This document shows positions 9,733-19,699 of a stretch of 64,000 bases of DNA, one piece after another. The DNA is from an uncultured Treponema sp. (GTDB taxonomy: Bacteria > Spirochaetota > Spirochaetia > Treponematales > Treponemataceae): NCBI GenBank assembly GCA_946535985.1, contig CAMNDY010000005.1:4533-68532 (forward strand), read 5' to 3'. The number at the start of each line of letters is the position of its first letter. Position 1 is the first letter of the stretch. The notes beneath the pieces were generated by a model. It had not been told where the DNA came from, did no database searches, and worked only from the letters and a program-made list of their open reading frames with translations. The position numbers and the translations under genes are program-made.

Positions 9733-10092
9733 TTAAAAGGTATAAGTGCCAAAGGGCAGAAGGGCAACCTGGGCCAATTTAAAATGCTGCTTACCAAAAG
9801 GAATGCCAACAATAGTAATGCAGAAGAGCAGACCAATAATCAGGTGAGCAACTGCAAGTTCAACTCCAGAAATACAAATCCAGAGAATGTTTAAGATAAG
9901 AGACATTGCGCCACCATTGTATGTAACGCTTCTTCCAAAAGGAAACATGGCAACGCCGGCAATCTTAAAGCACTGAATCCCAAGCGGAATGCCAATGATT
10001 GTAATGCACCAGAGAATCCCCGCAATAATCCAGCCAAGTCCAAGAATAAAGCCGCCCAACAAAAACCAGATAAGATTTCCAATAAAACTCAT
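9733..10092 (-). CDS. yccF: YccF domain inner-membrane protein
   Basis: Duplicated CITIIGIPxG...PFG motif. Confidence 0.9.
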   Translation of the reverse strand: MSFIGNLIWFLLGGFILGLGWIIAGILWCITIIGIPLGIQCFKIAGVAMFPFGRSVTYNGGAMSLILNILWICISGVELAVAHLIIGLLFCITIVGIPFGKQHFKLAQVALLPFGTYTF

Positions 10093-10295
10093 TTTGATTG
10101 CTCCTCTAAGATATTATCCTCTTTTAATATAATTCTTTTAAATATAATTATAGTGTATTTTGAAAAAAAATTATTATTTTTTAAAAAAAAATTTGACGAA
10201 TTATTTTTTTATACCTATATTATACAGTATGCCAAAAATCACTTTTGTCTTTTATAACCCCCATTCCCTTGCTTTGGGAATAACTTTGTCCGATA

Positions 10296-10538
10296 TTATA
10301 AATCATAATAATACTGGTTCTGACAGTCTTTTGTTAAAGGGACGTTAAGTTCTTTTTTCATAGCAGTCAGGACTTTGTACAAAACCTTTTCGCTGACACC
10401 ACAAGAAAAACCTTTTTCTTTGTCGTGTCTTTTTACCATAAGGATGATTGAAAGGTCTTTAATGGTGACGCGGTTGCCAGCCCTAAAGAAGTCATCAATC
10501 ATTTTAATTCTTTTATATTCATCAATACCGCAGGACAT
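10296..10538 (-). CDS. Stand-alone winged-HTH protein like the N-terminus of WYL regulators
   Basis: RIKMIDDFFR...TIKDLS...VSEKVLYKVLTAMKKELNVPL...YYY parallels the N-terminus of the WYL protein at 55017-56081. Confidence 0.55.
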   Translation of the reverse strand: MSCGIDEYKRIKMIDDFFRAGNRVTIKDLSIILMVKRHDKEKGFSCGVSEKVLYKVLTAMKKELNVPLTKDCQNQYYYDL

Positions 10539-10589
10539 TCTTGCACCTTAAAAAAATTATAACATTTTTTTGGGGAAAAAGATAGTTTT

Positions 10590-10620
10590 TCTCAAGATGT
10601 GAGAATCTATGTTATATACT
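10590..10620 (+). promoter_or_regulatory. Palindrome TCTCA-N5-TGAGA followed by TATACT, upstream of the sigma factor
   Basis: Variant of the regulon motif with a 9-nt spacer. Confidence 0.55.
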
Positions 10621-10648
10621 GATATTCGAATCAATTTATAGGAGGATT

Positions 10649-11470
10649 ATGTCAAACAAAACTTTTAAGGGCGATTATGTGTCGCTCTATGATGCTTCGC
10701 TTGAGCCTCTTTCAAAGGCAGAAGAACTTGAACTGGCAAAGCAGGCTTCGTTGGGTAATGCGCAGGCACGCGAAACATTAATTCGTGCAAACATCCGTTA
10801 TGCGCTTACTTATGCAAAAAAGTTTTATGGACGCGGCCTTTCAAATGAGGAGGTAAATGAAGAGGCCGTAATTGGGCTTATAAAAGCAATTGACCACTTT
10901 GATTACACAAAGGGCACTAAGGTAATCACTCTTGCCAATATGTACATCATGAACGAAATTGTTTCATCCTGTAACAAAAGCGGCTATATTCAGCGCCAAA
11001 GTGAAGAACGCCTTAGAATGATTTTAAAAATCAATAAGGCCCTTAAAAAAACAAACAGCGACTGCAGCCAGGAAGAGCTCATTGCAAAGCTTTCTGCAAA
11101 AACAGGCTTTGGCAAAAAAATAATTGCAGAACTGTTTGAAGAAAGCCTTCCCTGCCTTAGTCTTGACGATTCAACCGGCAGCGAGTTTGGTGAAACAAGG
11201 CTTTCTATAATTCCAGACACAGCTTCTTTCACTCCGGAAGAAACTGCCTTTTACAGAATCCAGAAGGAACAGCTTTATAAAAATTTAAACAAGCTGGACC
11301 CTCTCGAAAAACAAATCATCTGTATGCTTTACGGCATTGGGCCTTACAAGCATGAATACTCCCTTGCCCAGATTGGCAAAAAGCTTGGTGAATCTAAACA
11401 ATACATTCACTACATCAAGCAGCGTGCCATTGAAAAGCTAAGAACTAACATGGAGGGCATGGCGGCGTAA
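10649..11470 (+). CDS. Sigma-70 family RNA polymerase sigma factor (regions 2-4)
   Basis: LSKAEELELA, ARETLIRANIR, GLIKAIDHFD, region-4 SLAQIGKKLG...RAIEKLR; GGAGG RBS. Confidence 0.9.
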   Translation: MSNKTFKGDYVSLYDASLEPLSKAEELELAKQASLGNAQARETLIRANIRYALTYAKKFYGRGLSNEEVNEEAVIGLIKAIDHFDYTKGTKVITLANMYIMNEIVSSCNKSGYIQRQSEERLRMILKINKALKKTNSDCSQEELIAKLSAKTGFGKKIIAELFEESLPCLSLDDSTGSEFGETRLSIIPDTASFTPEETAFYRIQKEQLYKNLNKLDPLEKQIICMLYGIGPYKHEYSLAQIGKKLGESKQYIHYIKQRAIEKLRTNMEGMAA

Positions 11471-11497
11471 GGCACACAAAGAGAGGTAACCCTTCTC

Positions 11498-11992
11498 CTA
11501 AACAATCCGTCTGTTCGTACTGCTCAGGCGGACTTCCTGTTCAATGACAAGGGCATCCTCCAGCCTGCCGGGAATATCCTGCACAAAGTCAGCCAGAACA
11601 TTAATGTCACAGCGGCAGCAGCGAATCCAGAATTTATATAGTGCATAACAGACAGGAAGGTCATCAATAAAACGATGGCTTTCTTTTATGTCGGATTCAA
11701 TATACTGTCTCAAACCTTCGACACGGCTAACTTTGTGAGGAAATTCCTCCGGAAGAGTTTTGTGAAATAATCTGTAGTTTCTGTAATAAAGACTTACGAT
11801 AGAAACAGCATTTTTCATTCTGGAAAACTTTTTTTGCAGCTCCTTGATTTCTTCATAATTCTTATTTAAGACTTTTTCGCATTCGGTTTCTTTCATTTTA
11901 AAGTATACATCCAGTTCCAAAATCATGTTCTTCTGGCCTTTGGATAAAGACTTTTTCGAATAACCATTTGCAGGAATATCTATTTTTATCAT
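11498..11992 (-). CDS. Hypothetical protein
   Basis: 164-aa ORF with an upstream TATATT; no family recognised. Confidence 0.6.
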   Translation of the reverse strand: MIKIDIPANGYSKKSLSKGQKNMILELDVYFKMKETECEKVLNKNYEEIKELQKKFSRMKNAVSIVSLYYRNYRLFHKTLPEEFPHKVSRVEGLRQYIESDIKESHRFIDDLPVCYALYKFWIRCCRCDINVLADFVQDIPGRLEDALVIEQEVRLSSTNRRIV

Positions 11993-12053
11993 CAGTAAAT
12001 TAATATAGGGGTTCGGCTCAAATCATCAAAAAAATTAAATTTTTTTTCAAAAA

Positions 12054-12085
12054 TATCATTAAATGATAGCCGCGGCACCTATATT
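12054..12085 (+). promoter_or_regulatory. Regulon site TATCA-N5-TGATAG-N10-TATATT
   Basis: Exact motif upstream of the AAA ATPase gene. Confidence 0.75.
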
Positions 12086-12115
12086 TATATATGCATATTT
12101 TAGAGGAGAAATAAT

Positions 12116-14440
12116 ATGGAAAGATTTTCATCAAGACGTTTTAGAAACAGAAGATTTGGAAGAACAAGCAATGCTTCAATTACAAACACAAAAAATGAAC
12201 CTTATGCAATCAGCTATTTACTTTCGGTGCTTTTTGAAAACAAACCTAATTCGGCTGTTATGACTGAATATGATGAAGGTATAAATGCCTTTCTGGAATG
12301 TGTGGAAAAACTTAACAAGAGGGAACGCCTTGAAAAAATCCTTGAAGCAGAAGTAAAGAATCTTGAGAAACAAAAAATTTTAAAGCCGCTTGAATGCGAG
12401 CAAAATGAAGTAATGGCTTATGACGACAGTGATATTCCTTATATCTATGAACAGGATAAAAGAATTGACCGTGCTATGCGTCATTATGATAACATTGATG
12501 AAACCTTAATTAATCTTCACAGAGTTATATTCTGCTCTTCGAAACCTGTTTTCTCCGAAATGATTAAGGCAACTATATTCGGAGAAGAAGACAATTTTTC
12601 CATCACGCAAAAAATTGAATTATCAGCAAAGCTCGCTAAGGCAATCTTTGATATTTCCAAAACAAAGTTTCTTGTAAAGCAGGTGCAGCTCTCGGAAAAA
12701 GAAGCGCTTTATCTTTTAGTACAGTGCCGTCTTAATACAAATGATGACCTGCGTGCATTAAATCGTCATTGCGATAATGAAATCCGTAACTGTATGCCGG
12801 ATATACTTGGAATGACTCAAAAAGACTACAGCTATATGCTCCGAAGCGACCAGAAACTCAGAACCTTTGGCTTTGTTGATAACTCAGGAGACTATGACCT
12901 TTGTATAAATGAATGTATAGAAGCTCAGAGTCTTGAACCATATTTCTGCGACCTTCTTAAGCCGCTTGACTGCTCCAAGGCTTATGCTCTTGATACCTTT
13001 TCTGTAAAACAGGAATCTTTGGAAATCTGCAGCGATTTGTTAAAAGGTAATAATCCGGTTTCTATTCTTTTTTACGGAAAACCCGGCAGTGGAAAAACTG
13101 AACTTGCAAAAGCAGTTTGTAAAGATACAGGCAAAAAGGTTTACATTTTTAAAAACGAAGCCGAGACAGACATGCGTAACAATGTGCTTGGTCGCCTGGT
13201 CTGCCTGCTTTCTATGGAACGTCAGGATTCTATCATCGTTGTTGATGAAGCCGATACCCTTATTAAAACTCTTGAGTTTTCTTTCTTTGGCGTAGTTCCC
13301 TCAAAGAACAAAGGCACCATTAATAAGATGCTCGAAAATAACCGCGACAAAGTAATTTATATCATAAATCATCAGCAGCAGATTGATGAATCTACACGAC
13401 GACGTTTCAATTTTAGTATAAAGTTTGAAATCATGCCTATAAAACAGCTGCGCTCAATTGCCAGAACAAAAATTGAAAAAATGGAGCTTTCGGAAAGTAC
13501 AAAAGACAAAATTGTTCAGATGTTCGACAAATACAAACTCACCGGCCAGAGTGTAGACAACATTGTAAAAATGATTGAAGGCATGGAATGCAAAGAAGAA
13601 GAACCGCTGTTGCATAAAGTTGGGATTGTTATGAAAGAAAACGCCCTGCTCCTTAACGGCAAATCAAAAATGCGCGACACAGTAAAGGCAGAGTATGACC
13701 CCACTGTTTTGAACGCAAGCATGGACCCTCTAAAAATTGTAGAGATGGTTCAGAACGCCACAAAGTTTGCAGAAAAAAATAAGGGAACAGAAAGTGGTGT
13801 AAGAATGCTTTTCTACGGACTTTCCGGAACCGGTAAAACTGAGCTTGCCCGTTATATTGCAGAAGAGCTTGGTAAACCAATTCTCTTAAAACGTGCCAGC
13901 GATATTTTTGGAATGTATGTTGGAGAAAACGAACAGAATATCCGCGACGCCTTTGCCGAAGCCGAAGCCTCTGATTCAATCCTTTTATTTGATGAAGCCG
14001 ACTCTTTCTTTTACAACCGCAACCAGGCCCAAAGAAGCTGGGAACGCACTACCGTAAATGAATTCCTTACTCAGATGGAAGAATTTTCAGGCATCCTCAT
14101 CTGCACAACAAACCTCCGCAACATCATGGACCCTGCAATGCAGCGCCGCTTCCACATCATGGTTGAGTTTAAGCCTATGAAGTTTGACGGCATCAAAACT
14201 ATGCTCGAACGCTACTTCCCGGCCTATCACCTTTCCAACAAAGAAGTTGAAGAACTCGAAGACTGTCAGAGCGTAACCCCGGGAGACTTTGGCGCCCTTT
14301 CAAGCCGCATCCGTTTTATGAACCCTGACGACATAAATGCCCAATATATCCTTGAAGAATTAAAAAAGATGCAGGAAGAAAAGAAAAACCAGTGGGCAGA
14401 AGAAGGCCACAGCGAACATAAAATTGGGTTTAGTGCATAG
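12116..14440 (+). CDS. AAA+ ATPase with two AAA modules
   Basis: Walker A GKPGSGKT and GLSGTGKT, Walker B DEAD twice, SRH DPAMQRRF, C-terminal KIGF. Confidence 0.9.
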   Translation: MERFSSRRFRNRRFGRTSNASITNTKNEPYAISYLLSVLFENKPNSAVMTEYDEGINAFLECVEKLNKRERLEKILEAEVKNLEKQKILKPLECEQNEVMAYDDSDIPYIYEQDKRIDRAMRHYDNIDETLINLHRVIFCSSKPVFSEMIKATIFGEEDNFSITQKIELSAKLAKAIFDISKTKFLVKQVQLSEKEALYLLVQCRLNTNDDLRALNRHCDNEIRNCMPDILGMTQKDYSYMLRSDQKLRTFGFVDNSGDYDLCINECIEAQSLEPYFCDLLKPLDCSKAYALDTFSVKQESLEICSDLLKGNNPVSILFYGKPGSGKTELAKAVCKDTGKKVYIFKNEAETDMRNNVLGRLVCLLSMERQDSIIVVDEADTLIKTLEFSFFGVVPSKNKGTINKMLENNRDKVIYIINHQQQIDESTRRRFNFSIKFEIMPIKQLRSIARTKIEKMELSESTKDKIVQMFDKYKLTGQSVDNIVKMIEGMECKEEEPLLHKVGIVMKENALLLNGKSKMRDTVKAEYDPTVLNASMDPLKIVEMVQNATKFAEKNKGTESGVRMLFYGLSGTGKTELARYIAEELGKPILLKRASDIFGMYVGENEQNIRDAFAEAEASDSILLFDEADSFFYNRNQAQRSWERTTVNEFLTQMEEFSGILICTTNLRNIMDPAMQRRFHIMVEFKPMKFDGIKTMLERYFPAYHLSNKEVEELEDCQSVTPGDFGALSSRIRFMNPDDINAQYILEELKKMQEEKKNQWAEEGHSEHKIGFSA

Positions 14441-14574
14441 GAGTGTATATGACAAAAACAGGTTCAATTACAAACGAAGAAGCAATTGCTCTCTTCATTA
14501 TAAAGCTCTCGAATGTCTCCGGCTGTATTGTGAGCAATACTCGCGTTCGGCTCGCCCTTAACCGCATCCACAAT

Positions 14575-16107
14575 CTAATACCCCCTGCTGATGATATCTG
14601 AGGTATTAATTCCTATACCTCTTTCATAGGCCCATTTTATAATCAACTGACGAATGTCCATGCTGAGCTTACTGTTACAAATGCCCTTTGCCTGAACAAT
14701 GCTCATTGAATCTGTCTCTATTTGAATACAGGCAATAAACATCTGTTCATTTGCAAGACCAACGATTATAGAATTTCGCTTGATTGTAGCTTTTTTGTAA
14801 CAATACCCAACACAGTTATGCATTACTTGTCCAAGGTTATAAAGTTCATCTGTATCTTTTGGAAGAATAAATTTGTATGGCCGTCCATAAACATCAGTTA
14901 TTTCTGTTTCAAGAATTTTGTCTGACTGTAAATATGGGATTTCAACATTTCCTTTAGGACCATCATCCCATAGACCAAAAGTATCCGGGAATACCCGCAC
15001 AAGTTCATCATGAACAGCCTGAGTAAAACATTCCTTTCTAATGCGATCCCTGAGCGCTTCTGGAATTGCAACACCTCTTGAATAATACATCTGAGCGGCA
15101 TCAAAAAAATTATGGTAGCCATCCTTCATCGCTTTTATAAGATGATTCATGGTGATTTTTTCATTCTGAATCATAAGACTTTCTGCAGCCCAGCGGCTCA
15201 CAATTGTGATAACATCTTTAGCTTCATCTCGCAAGGCATAAAACAAGCGGCCTGTATGACTTTCATCTTTTGCCACAATTCGTTTAGACTTCCAGTCATA
15301 TTCAATATCGCGAAAATAAGTTTTACAAAGCTCATCATCCTCCAGAAACTTTGTCATTACATTTACATCTCTAAAGCCCCAGCTTCTTAGAACTGCATAA
15401 AGCGGAAGCGCAAGAGGATTTTTGTCAAAGATTCTGCGCATTCTTTTAAAAGGCTTAACATGAATTGCATTGCACACAGCCTGATAGGGATTTTGACTTT
15501 TACGATCTACAATCCTTGTAAATGCATTACCAAGAAAATGCCTTAAATCTGACATTTGAGGACAGGCAGGACATGTAACATAATCACTAAGAGCTTCAAT
15601 TCCAGTCTTAGGAGAAGAGTTTGAATATCCGGTGCCAAAATTCTTTTTTGCGTAAAACTGAAGCTTTGCCTGAATATCTTTTGTGACGGCAGCAGGAAGA
15701 TTGATATTTACTTTTTTTAAAGCTTCGCTTGATTCATAAGAAACAACTGCTCCCGTCTTCATAAAAAACGAAAAAATCCTGTACTCGTAATAATACCTCT
15801 TGCTGCCGTCCTCAAAGGTAGTAAAAACAAGATTAACTTTTAATCGGACCAATTCTCTTAAATCATTTATTTCAGTTTCGACTGATGAGATTGTCCATTT
15901 TTCTATAGTGGCAAACTGAGAACGGATTGGCTTTCCGCACAAAAAATATAATTTACCTTTGGCTGTCCTTATGCATGGCTCCCACTTTTTATGAACAGAG
16001 CACCACCCCATTCTGCTTGCCGGCAAAAAAGGTATAAAAAGCGGCTGATACACATCCTGTTTCAAACAAAGCCAGTTCTGACTCTGATAGTCATAAGTAT
16101 AAAACAC
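14575..16107 (-). CDS. PcfJ-like domain protein
   Basis: C-terminal PKDTDELYNLGQVMHNCVG...IVQAKGICN; GGAGG RBS before a GTG start. Confidence 0.75.
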   Translation of the reverse strand: MFYTYDYQSQNWLCLKQDVYQPLFIPFLPASRMGWCSVHKKWEPCIRTAKGKLYFLCGKPIRSQFATIEKWTISSVETEINDLRELVRLKVNLVFTTFEDGSKRYYYEYRIFSFFMKTGAVVSYESSEALKKVNINLPAAVTKDIQAKLQFYAKKNFGTGYSNSSPKTGIEALSDYVTCPACPQMSDLRHFLGNAFTRIVDRKSQNPYQAVCNAIHVKPFKRMRRIFDKNPLALPLYAVLRSWGFRDVNVMTKFLEDDELCKTYFRDIEYDWKSKRIVAKDESHTGRLFYALRDEAKDVITIVSRWAAESLMIQNEKITMNHLIKAMKDGYHNFFDAAQMYYSRGVAIPEALRDRIRKECFTQAVHDELVRVFPDTFGLWDDGPKGNVEIPYLQSDKILETEITDVYGRPYKFILPKDTDELYNLGQVMHNCVGYCYKKATIKRNSIIVGLANEQMFIACIQIETDSMSIVQAKGICNSKLSMDIRQLIIKWAYERGIGINTSDIISRGY

Positions 16108-16242
16108 TTCTCCTCCTTTTCTCCGTATTAATATAGTTGGTTAATCCCTGCCGGCAAGACGATGGGTGTAAAAAAGACGGAAAAACAGGAAAGTCTTGTT
16201 GAAGAAAACAAATTTTACCTTTTTGTAGCTCATACCGGTCAC

Positions 16243-16503
16243 CTATCGCTTTGCCCTTACAAAAAAGGCTTCGGGCTGCTTGTTCAGGGCTTCGGCAAGG
16301 GCACAGATTCCGCGGATGGAAAGATGCTCACCGGCTTTAAGACGATTGATTGTTGCAACAGAAAGGTTAGAGCGGTAACTGATTTCCTGTGCAGTAAAAC
16401 CAGATTCAAAAACAAAACGCTTAACGTTGTCCGAAACAATTTCACCAAGCTGAAATTCAAGAAACTCGGAATAATTGTTTCTTGCTACATTGTTCATATT
16501 CAT
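16243..16503 (-). CDS. XRE-family HTH transcriptional regulator
   Basis: TAQEISYRSNLSVATINRLKAG...ICALAEALN; GGAGG RBS before MNMNN. Confidence 0.75.
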   Translation of the reverse strand: MNMNNVARNNYSEFLEFQLGEIVSDNVKRFVFESGFTAQEISYRSNLSVATINRLKAGEHLSIRGICALAEALNKQPEAFFVRAKR

Positions 16504-16616
16504 ACGCAACCTCCTGTGGTCTGTAGAGACGACACTTCCCCTAGCCCTGCTTATGCAGCGCAAAAAATTGAGAGAAAATCGACTTTGTTTTTAAAGAAAA
16601 ACCGTTTTAATAAAGC

Positions 16617-18299
16617 CTACGGCTCAGGCTCCGTCAGTTCATCAAGAATCCTGGCCTTTTGCTGGGCTAGCGATTCAAGTTCATTTTTGAGCTGCTCGCG
16701 TTTAGCCTCAATTCCTGCATATTTTTTGGCAAACTTTTTCTGAACTTCTAGCGGCGGCAATGGAAGCTGCAGCTTATTCAGAAACTCTGCACTTATGGCA
16801 CGCAGCACAGTTCCACCACTGAAAGCGGTAAAAAGCGGTACTGCCTCTTTTGTTTCAAATAACATTTTTAAGTAAAGGGCTTCAAGCTTAGACTTATCCG
16901 GCCTGATGATATACAAGTTTCCTGCAGGGATAATTTTTTTGTTACCAATATTTTCAATATAAGCAAGCTTGATCGTTTCTGTCATTGCCATTACAAGAAG
17001 AATATCCCCTTCTTTAAGCACAAGATTTTCAAATTTTTTATCAATCTGTTTTATTGGCTTAAGATCTTCAACCAGACAGTTATCTACAATATCTTTTGCC
17101 GAAGCATAGAAAAATCCTGTGTCCTTATTGCTCTGAAGTTCTTCAAGTTCCTGTGCCTTTATCTGAGCCCCGCGAACAATTTTCGATTCCACAAGGTCGC
17201 TGAGCTTTGCGTAATTTTTTACACCAGACAGGGTAATTTTTTCTTCAAGAAGATATGATCCCGGATTCAAAACATAATCCTGGGCTTTGATTTCTTTTAT
17301 ATCAACCGACTTTGAATTACTGCCTTCTTTATGAAGCATTTCAAAAATCTTTTTTGCTCCATCTTCAGTAAGAACACTTTGCCCACGACGGGTGTTTTCC
17401 GAAATTGAAGTTGCATTTACAAACTGAACCTTCTTATTATTGTGACTCAGAACAAGCATGGCTGTCTGCATTGCAGCAAAAGGATAAAACACGCCTCCAG
17501 CAAATTCTATTACAGCTTCTAATAATCCGTTTTCTAAAAGAAACCGACGAATTTCTTTGTATCCTTCTTTTTCGTTATTCAAAAATCCTCTTGAAAGAAA
17601 AAGAATAGCACGACCAGACTGCGACATAAGAGCAACTGCCTTTTTTATAAAAGGAACCGTCACAACCGCATTCACCGGCGGAAAGGACAAAAGCTTTTCA
17701 ACCTTATTTTTTTCTGAAAAGTTGAGGACGTTATCACAAATAAGATTTATTGAAACTCCTTTAATGTATGAAAGCATGCTTCCCAAAAGACATTCACGTT
17801 TGCTAATTTCAATACCTGTGATTTTTTTGCATTTGTAATTTTCTGCAATATGAATCAAGAATGCTCCATGCCCTGCTCCCAAATCCATAACTGAATCATC
17901 TTTTTTAATATCAAGAATCTTAGCAGTCAAACCATTAAGAGATTCCGGAAATGTTAAATCTCCATCAGACATTCCGTATCTGGAATTCCATTCTTCAATT
18001 CTTTCTATAAGAAAAGCACAGATGTCTTCAAGCTTCACATTTTCAAAGCTTTCAAGAGTACAGTTTCTCCAGATAAAAATCTCCTGATTTACATAATCTG
18101 CTACAGCTGCAGGGGCCCCCTTTGTTTTAACAACTTCGTTAATTGTAAGCGAAAGACCAATTTCATTTTTTCTGGCAACAAAAGCTGCAAAAGGAATAAT
18201 AAGTTCTGCAATTTTGGATACTTCCTTATATTCCTTTCCAAGGGGGAAATTGAATTTTTCCATTGCCCGGTCTACATGTAAATGTTTTGCATATGACAT
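16617..18299 (-). CDS. N6-adenine MTase-fold protein fused to a type I HsdS-like TRD (degenerate motif IV)
   Basis: DLGAGHGAF SAM motif, SFPP in place of NPPY, EIRRFLLE, YVLNPGSY, and TRD-like LKEGDILL...LPLPPLEVQ. Confidence 0.8.
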   Translation of the reverse strand: MSYAKHLHVDRAMEKFNFPLGKEYKEVSKIAELIIPFAAFVARKNEIGLSLTINEVVKTKGAPAAVADYVNQEIFIWRNCTLESFENVKLEDICAFLIERIEEWNSRYGMSDGDLTFPESLNGLTAKILDIKKDDSVMDLGAGHGAFLIHIAENYKCKKITGIEISKRECLLGSMLSYIKGVSINLICDNVLNFSEKNKVEKLLSFPPVNAVVTVPFIKKAVALMSQSGRAILFLSRGFLNNEKEGYKEIRRFLLENGLLEAVIEFAGGVFYPFAAMQTAMLVLSHNNKKVQFVNATSISENTRRGQSVLTEDGAKKIFEMLHKEGSNSKSVDIKEIKAQDYVLNPGSYLLEEKITLSGVKNYAKLSDLVESKIVRGAQIKAQELEELQSNKDTGFFYASAKDIVDNCLVEDLKPIKQIDKKFENLVLKEGDILLVMAMTETIKLAYIENIGNKKIIPAGNLYIIRPDKSKLEALYLKMLFETKEAVPLFTAFSGGTVLRAISAEFLNKLQLPLPPLEVQKKFAKKYAGIEAKREQLKNELESLAQQKARILDELTEPEP

Positions 18300-18343
18300 A
18301 TAAGTCCTCCGCAAGGCCTTGTTGTTGGAGCGCGGCACGCTTT

Positions 18344-18426
18344 TGTATAGTCTTATACAAGCCCTATAATTAAAATATACACCCTTTTTTTTCAAAAGTC
18401 AAGGGTTTCCTGTATAATCTTATACA
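18344..18426 (-). promoter_or_regulatory. Sigma-70 promoter (TTGACT-17-TATATT) bracketed by two TGTATA(G/A)TCTTATACA palindromes
   Basis: Palindrome copies at 18344 and 18411 flank the -35/-10 of the MTase-TRD gene. Confidence 0.65.
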
Positions 18427-18470
18427 AAAGCTATTATTTTATTTTGTTTCCTTGAGAATCTATTCCTCCC

Positions 18471-19667
18471 CTACCCCTTATTCACACTCGGAATCCAGGT
18501 GGCCTTATTCAACTTCAAATTCTTAATCCAGCGGTAAGCATCGTCGTATTCCTGTTTGCCTGTCAGAATCCAGAGGATTTGTTTTCTCAGGCGGATTTTT
18601 GGTACACAGGCATATCCGTCTGTAAAAATTATAAGTCCCTGATATTCCGGATGGTTTTCGTAATAGTCGATGGCACACTGAAAATCTGTTCCGCCGCGGC
18701 CGGTAATCTGAATGTTGCGGGTTGCTTTTTTAAGTTCAAACTCCTGCTTGATTTGGGTATCAAAGGCGAGTACCTGAACTGCCTCAACACCATAAGTAAA
18801 AAAACGGTTGATGATAGAGAAAAAGTGAACAAGGTCGTCGGATCCGATAGAGCCGCTTACATCAACAGCAACCAGCAGATGGGTTTTTGGTTCAAACTGG
18901 CTGCCCATAAATTCAAAACCATAACGGCGGTTGGGCTTCATACGGGTGAGCTTGCGGCGCTGGCTTATGATGCTTGCACGAAACTGAGAAAGGATTCTGC
19001 GATAGTCCATGGGGATTTTGAGAGAAGCCGTAATTGTTTCCTGAAAGCTTCCACTCACACTACCCCACTGATTTGTTTTCTGAGCTTTTTGAATCTGCTG
19101 GTTTACAGAGTCTGTCATTTCTTCATCTTCATCCCAAAGTTCAGAAGCTGCAGCAGCAGACTCGTAGTCCCAGGTTTGGTCTTCTCCAAGTGCGGGTCTT
19201 GTAGACATCGGAAACTGCTCCTCTCCCTGCCCGTTTGGATTTATATCAGGACAGATATAATAAAGCTTTTTGTAATACTCTTCATAACTCAAGCCGCTTT
19301 CAAAATTGTACCAGGCTGCGTCCTTTAGTTTAGCGTCACTGTAACAATGCTCGCTTATTGTAACGTCACTGGCAGTCGTTAAAGCCGTACGGTTAGGATT
19401 CTGCGGTACGCGCTGGTAGGGATGCTTGAGCAGAATACGGGTAACTTCGTTTTTAAGACCACGCGCAATATCATCTTCACTGCAACCTTTGAGAAGATTC
19501 GGATTATATTCGATGCGCCGTTTACCGGTTCTAAAGGGGCACTTCATTTCTTTGTTTTCTTCAAGCTTGTGAGTACAGTACACATTAAAAAGAAGCGGCT
19601 CGTACAAAAACCAGTTGTCAACGACATGACTGATTTGTTCTTTTACAGACATGTTAACCTCCGACAT
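18471..19667 (-). CDS. vWA-domain / putative metallopeptidase protein (DUF2201-like)
   Basis: MIDAS DVSGS, FDT, GRGGTDF and IIFTDG motifs; N-terminal EVTRILLKHP. Confidence 0.85.
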   Translation of the reverse strand: MSEVNMSVKEQISHVVDNWFLYEPLLFNVYCTHKLEENKEMKCPFRTGKRRIEYNPNLLKGCSEDDIARGLKNEVTRILLKHPYQRVPQNPNRTALTTASDVTISEHCYSDAKLKDAAWYNFESGLSYEEYYKKLYYICPDINPNGQGEEQFPMSTRPALGEDQTWDYESAAAASELWDEDEEMTDSVNQQIQKAQKTNQWGSVSGSFQETITASLKIPMDYRRILSQFRASIISQRRKLTRMKPNRRYGFEFMGSQFEPKTHLLVAVDVSGSIGSDDLVHFFSIINRFFTYGVEAVQVLAFDTQIKQEFELKKATRNIQITGRGGTDFQCAIDYYENHPEYQGLIIFTDGYACVPKIRLRKQILWILTGKQEYDDAYRWIKNLKLNKATWIPSVNKG

Positions 19668-19671
19668 ACAG

Positions 19672-19699
19672 TGTCATCCTCGGGCTTGACCCGGGAATC
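19672..19699. repeat. REP/dRS3-like palindromic element
   Basis: TGTCATCCTCGGGCTTGACCCGGGAATC; related copies at 24565-24633 and 38178-38235. Confidence 0.7.

Noticed and set aside
14449-14601. Short ORF after the AAA ATPase (MTKTGSITNEEAIALF...)
   Set aside because: It has an RBS but runs into the convergent PcfJ gene end. Probably a truncated remnant, with too little support to call.
16162-16743. 193-aa plus-strand ORF
   Set aside because: Antisense to the XRE and MTase-TRD genes and has no recognisable motifs.
16617-18299. Complete type I restriction-modification system
   Set aside because: No hsdR or separate hsdS nearby, and the catalytic motif is atypical.
18579-19328. 249-aa plus-strand ORF and similar long antisense ORFs (8998, 31542, 62489, 63239)
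   Set aside because: Shadow frames of well-supported genes on the opposite strand.
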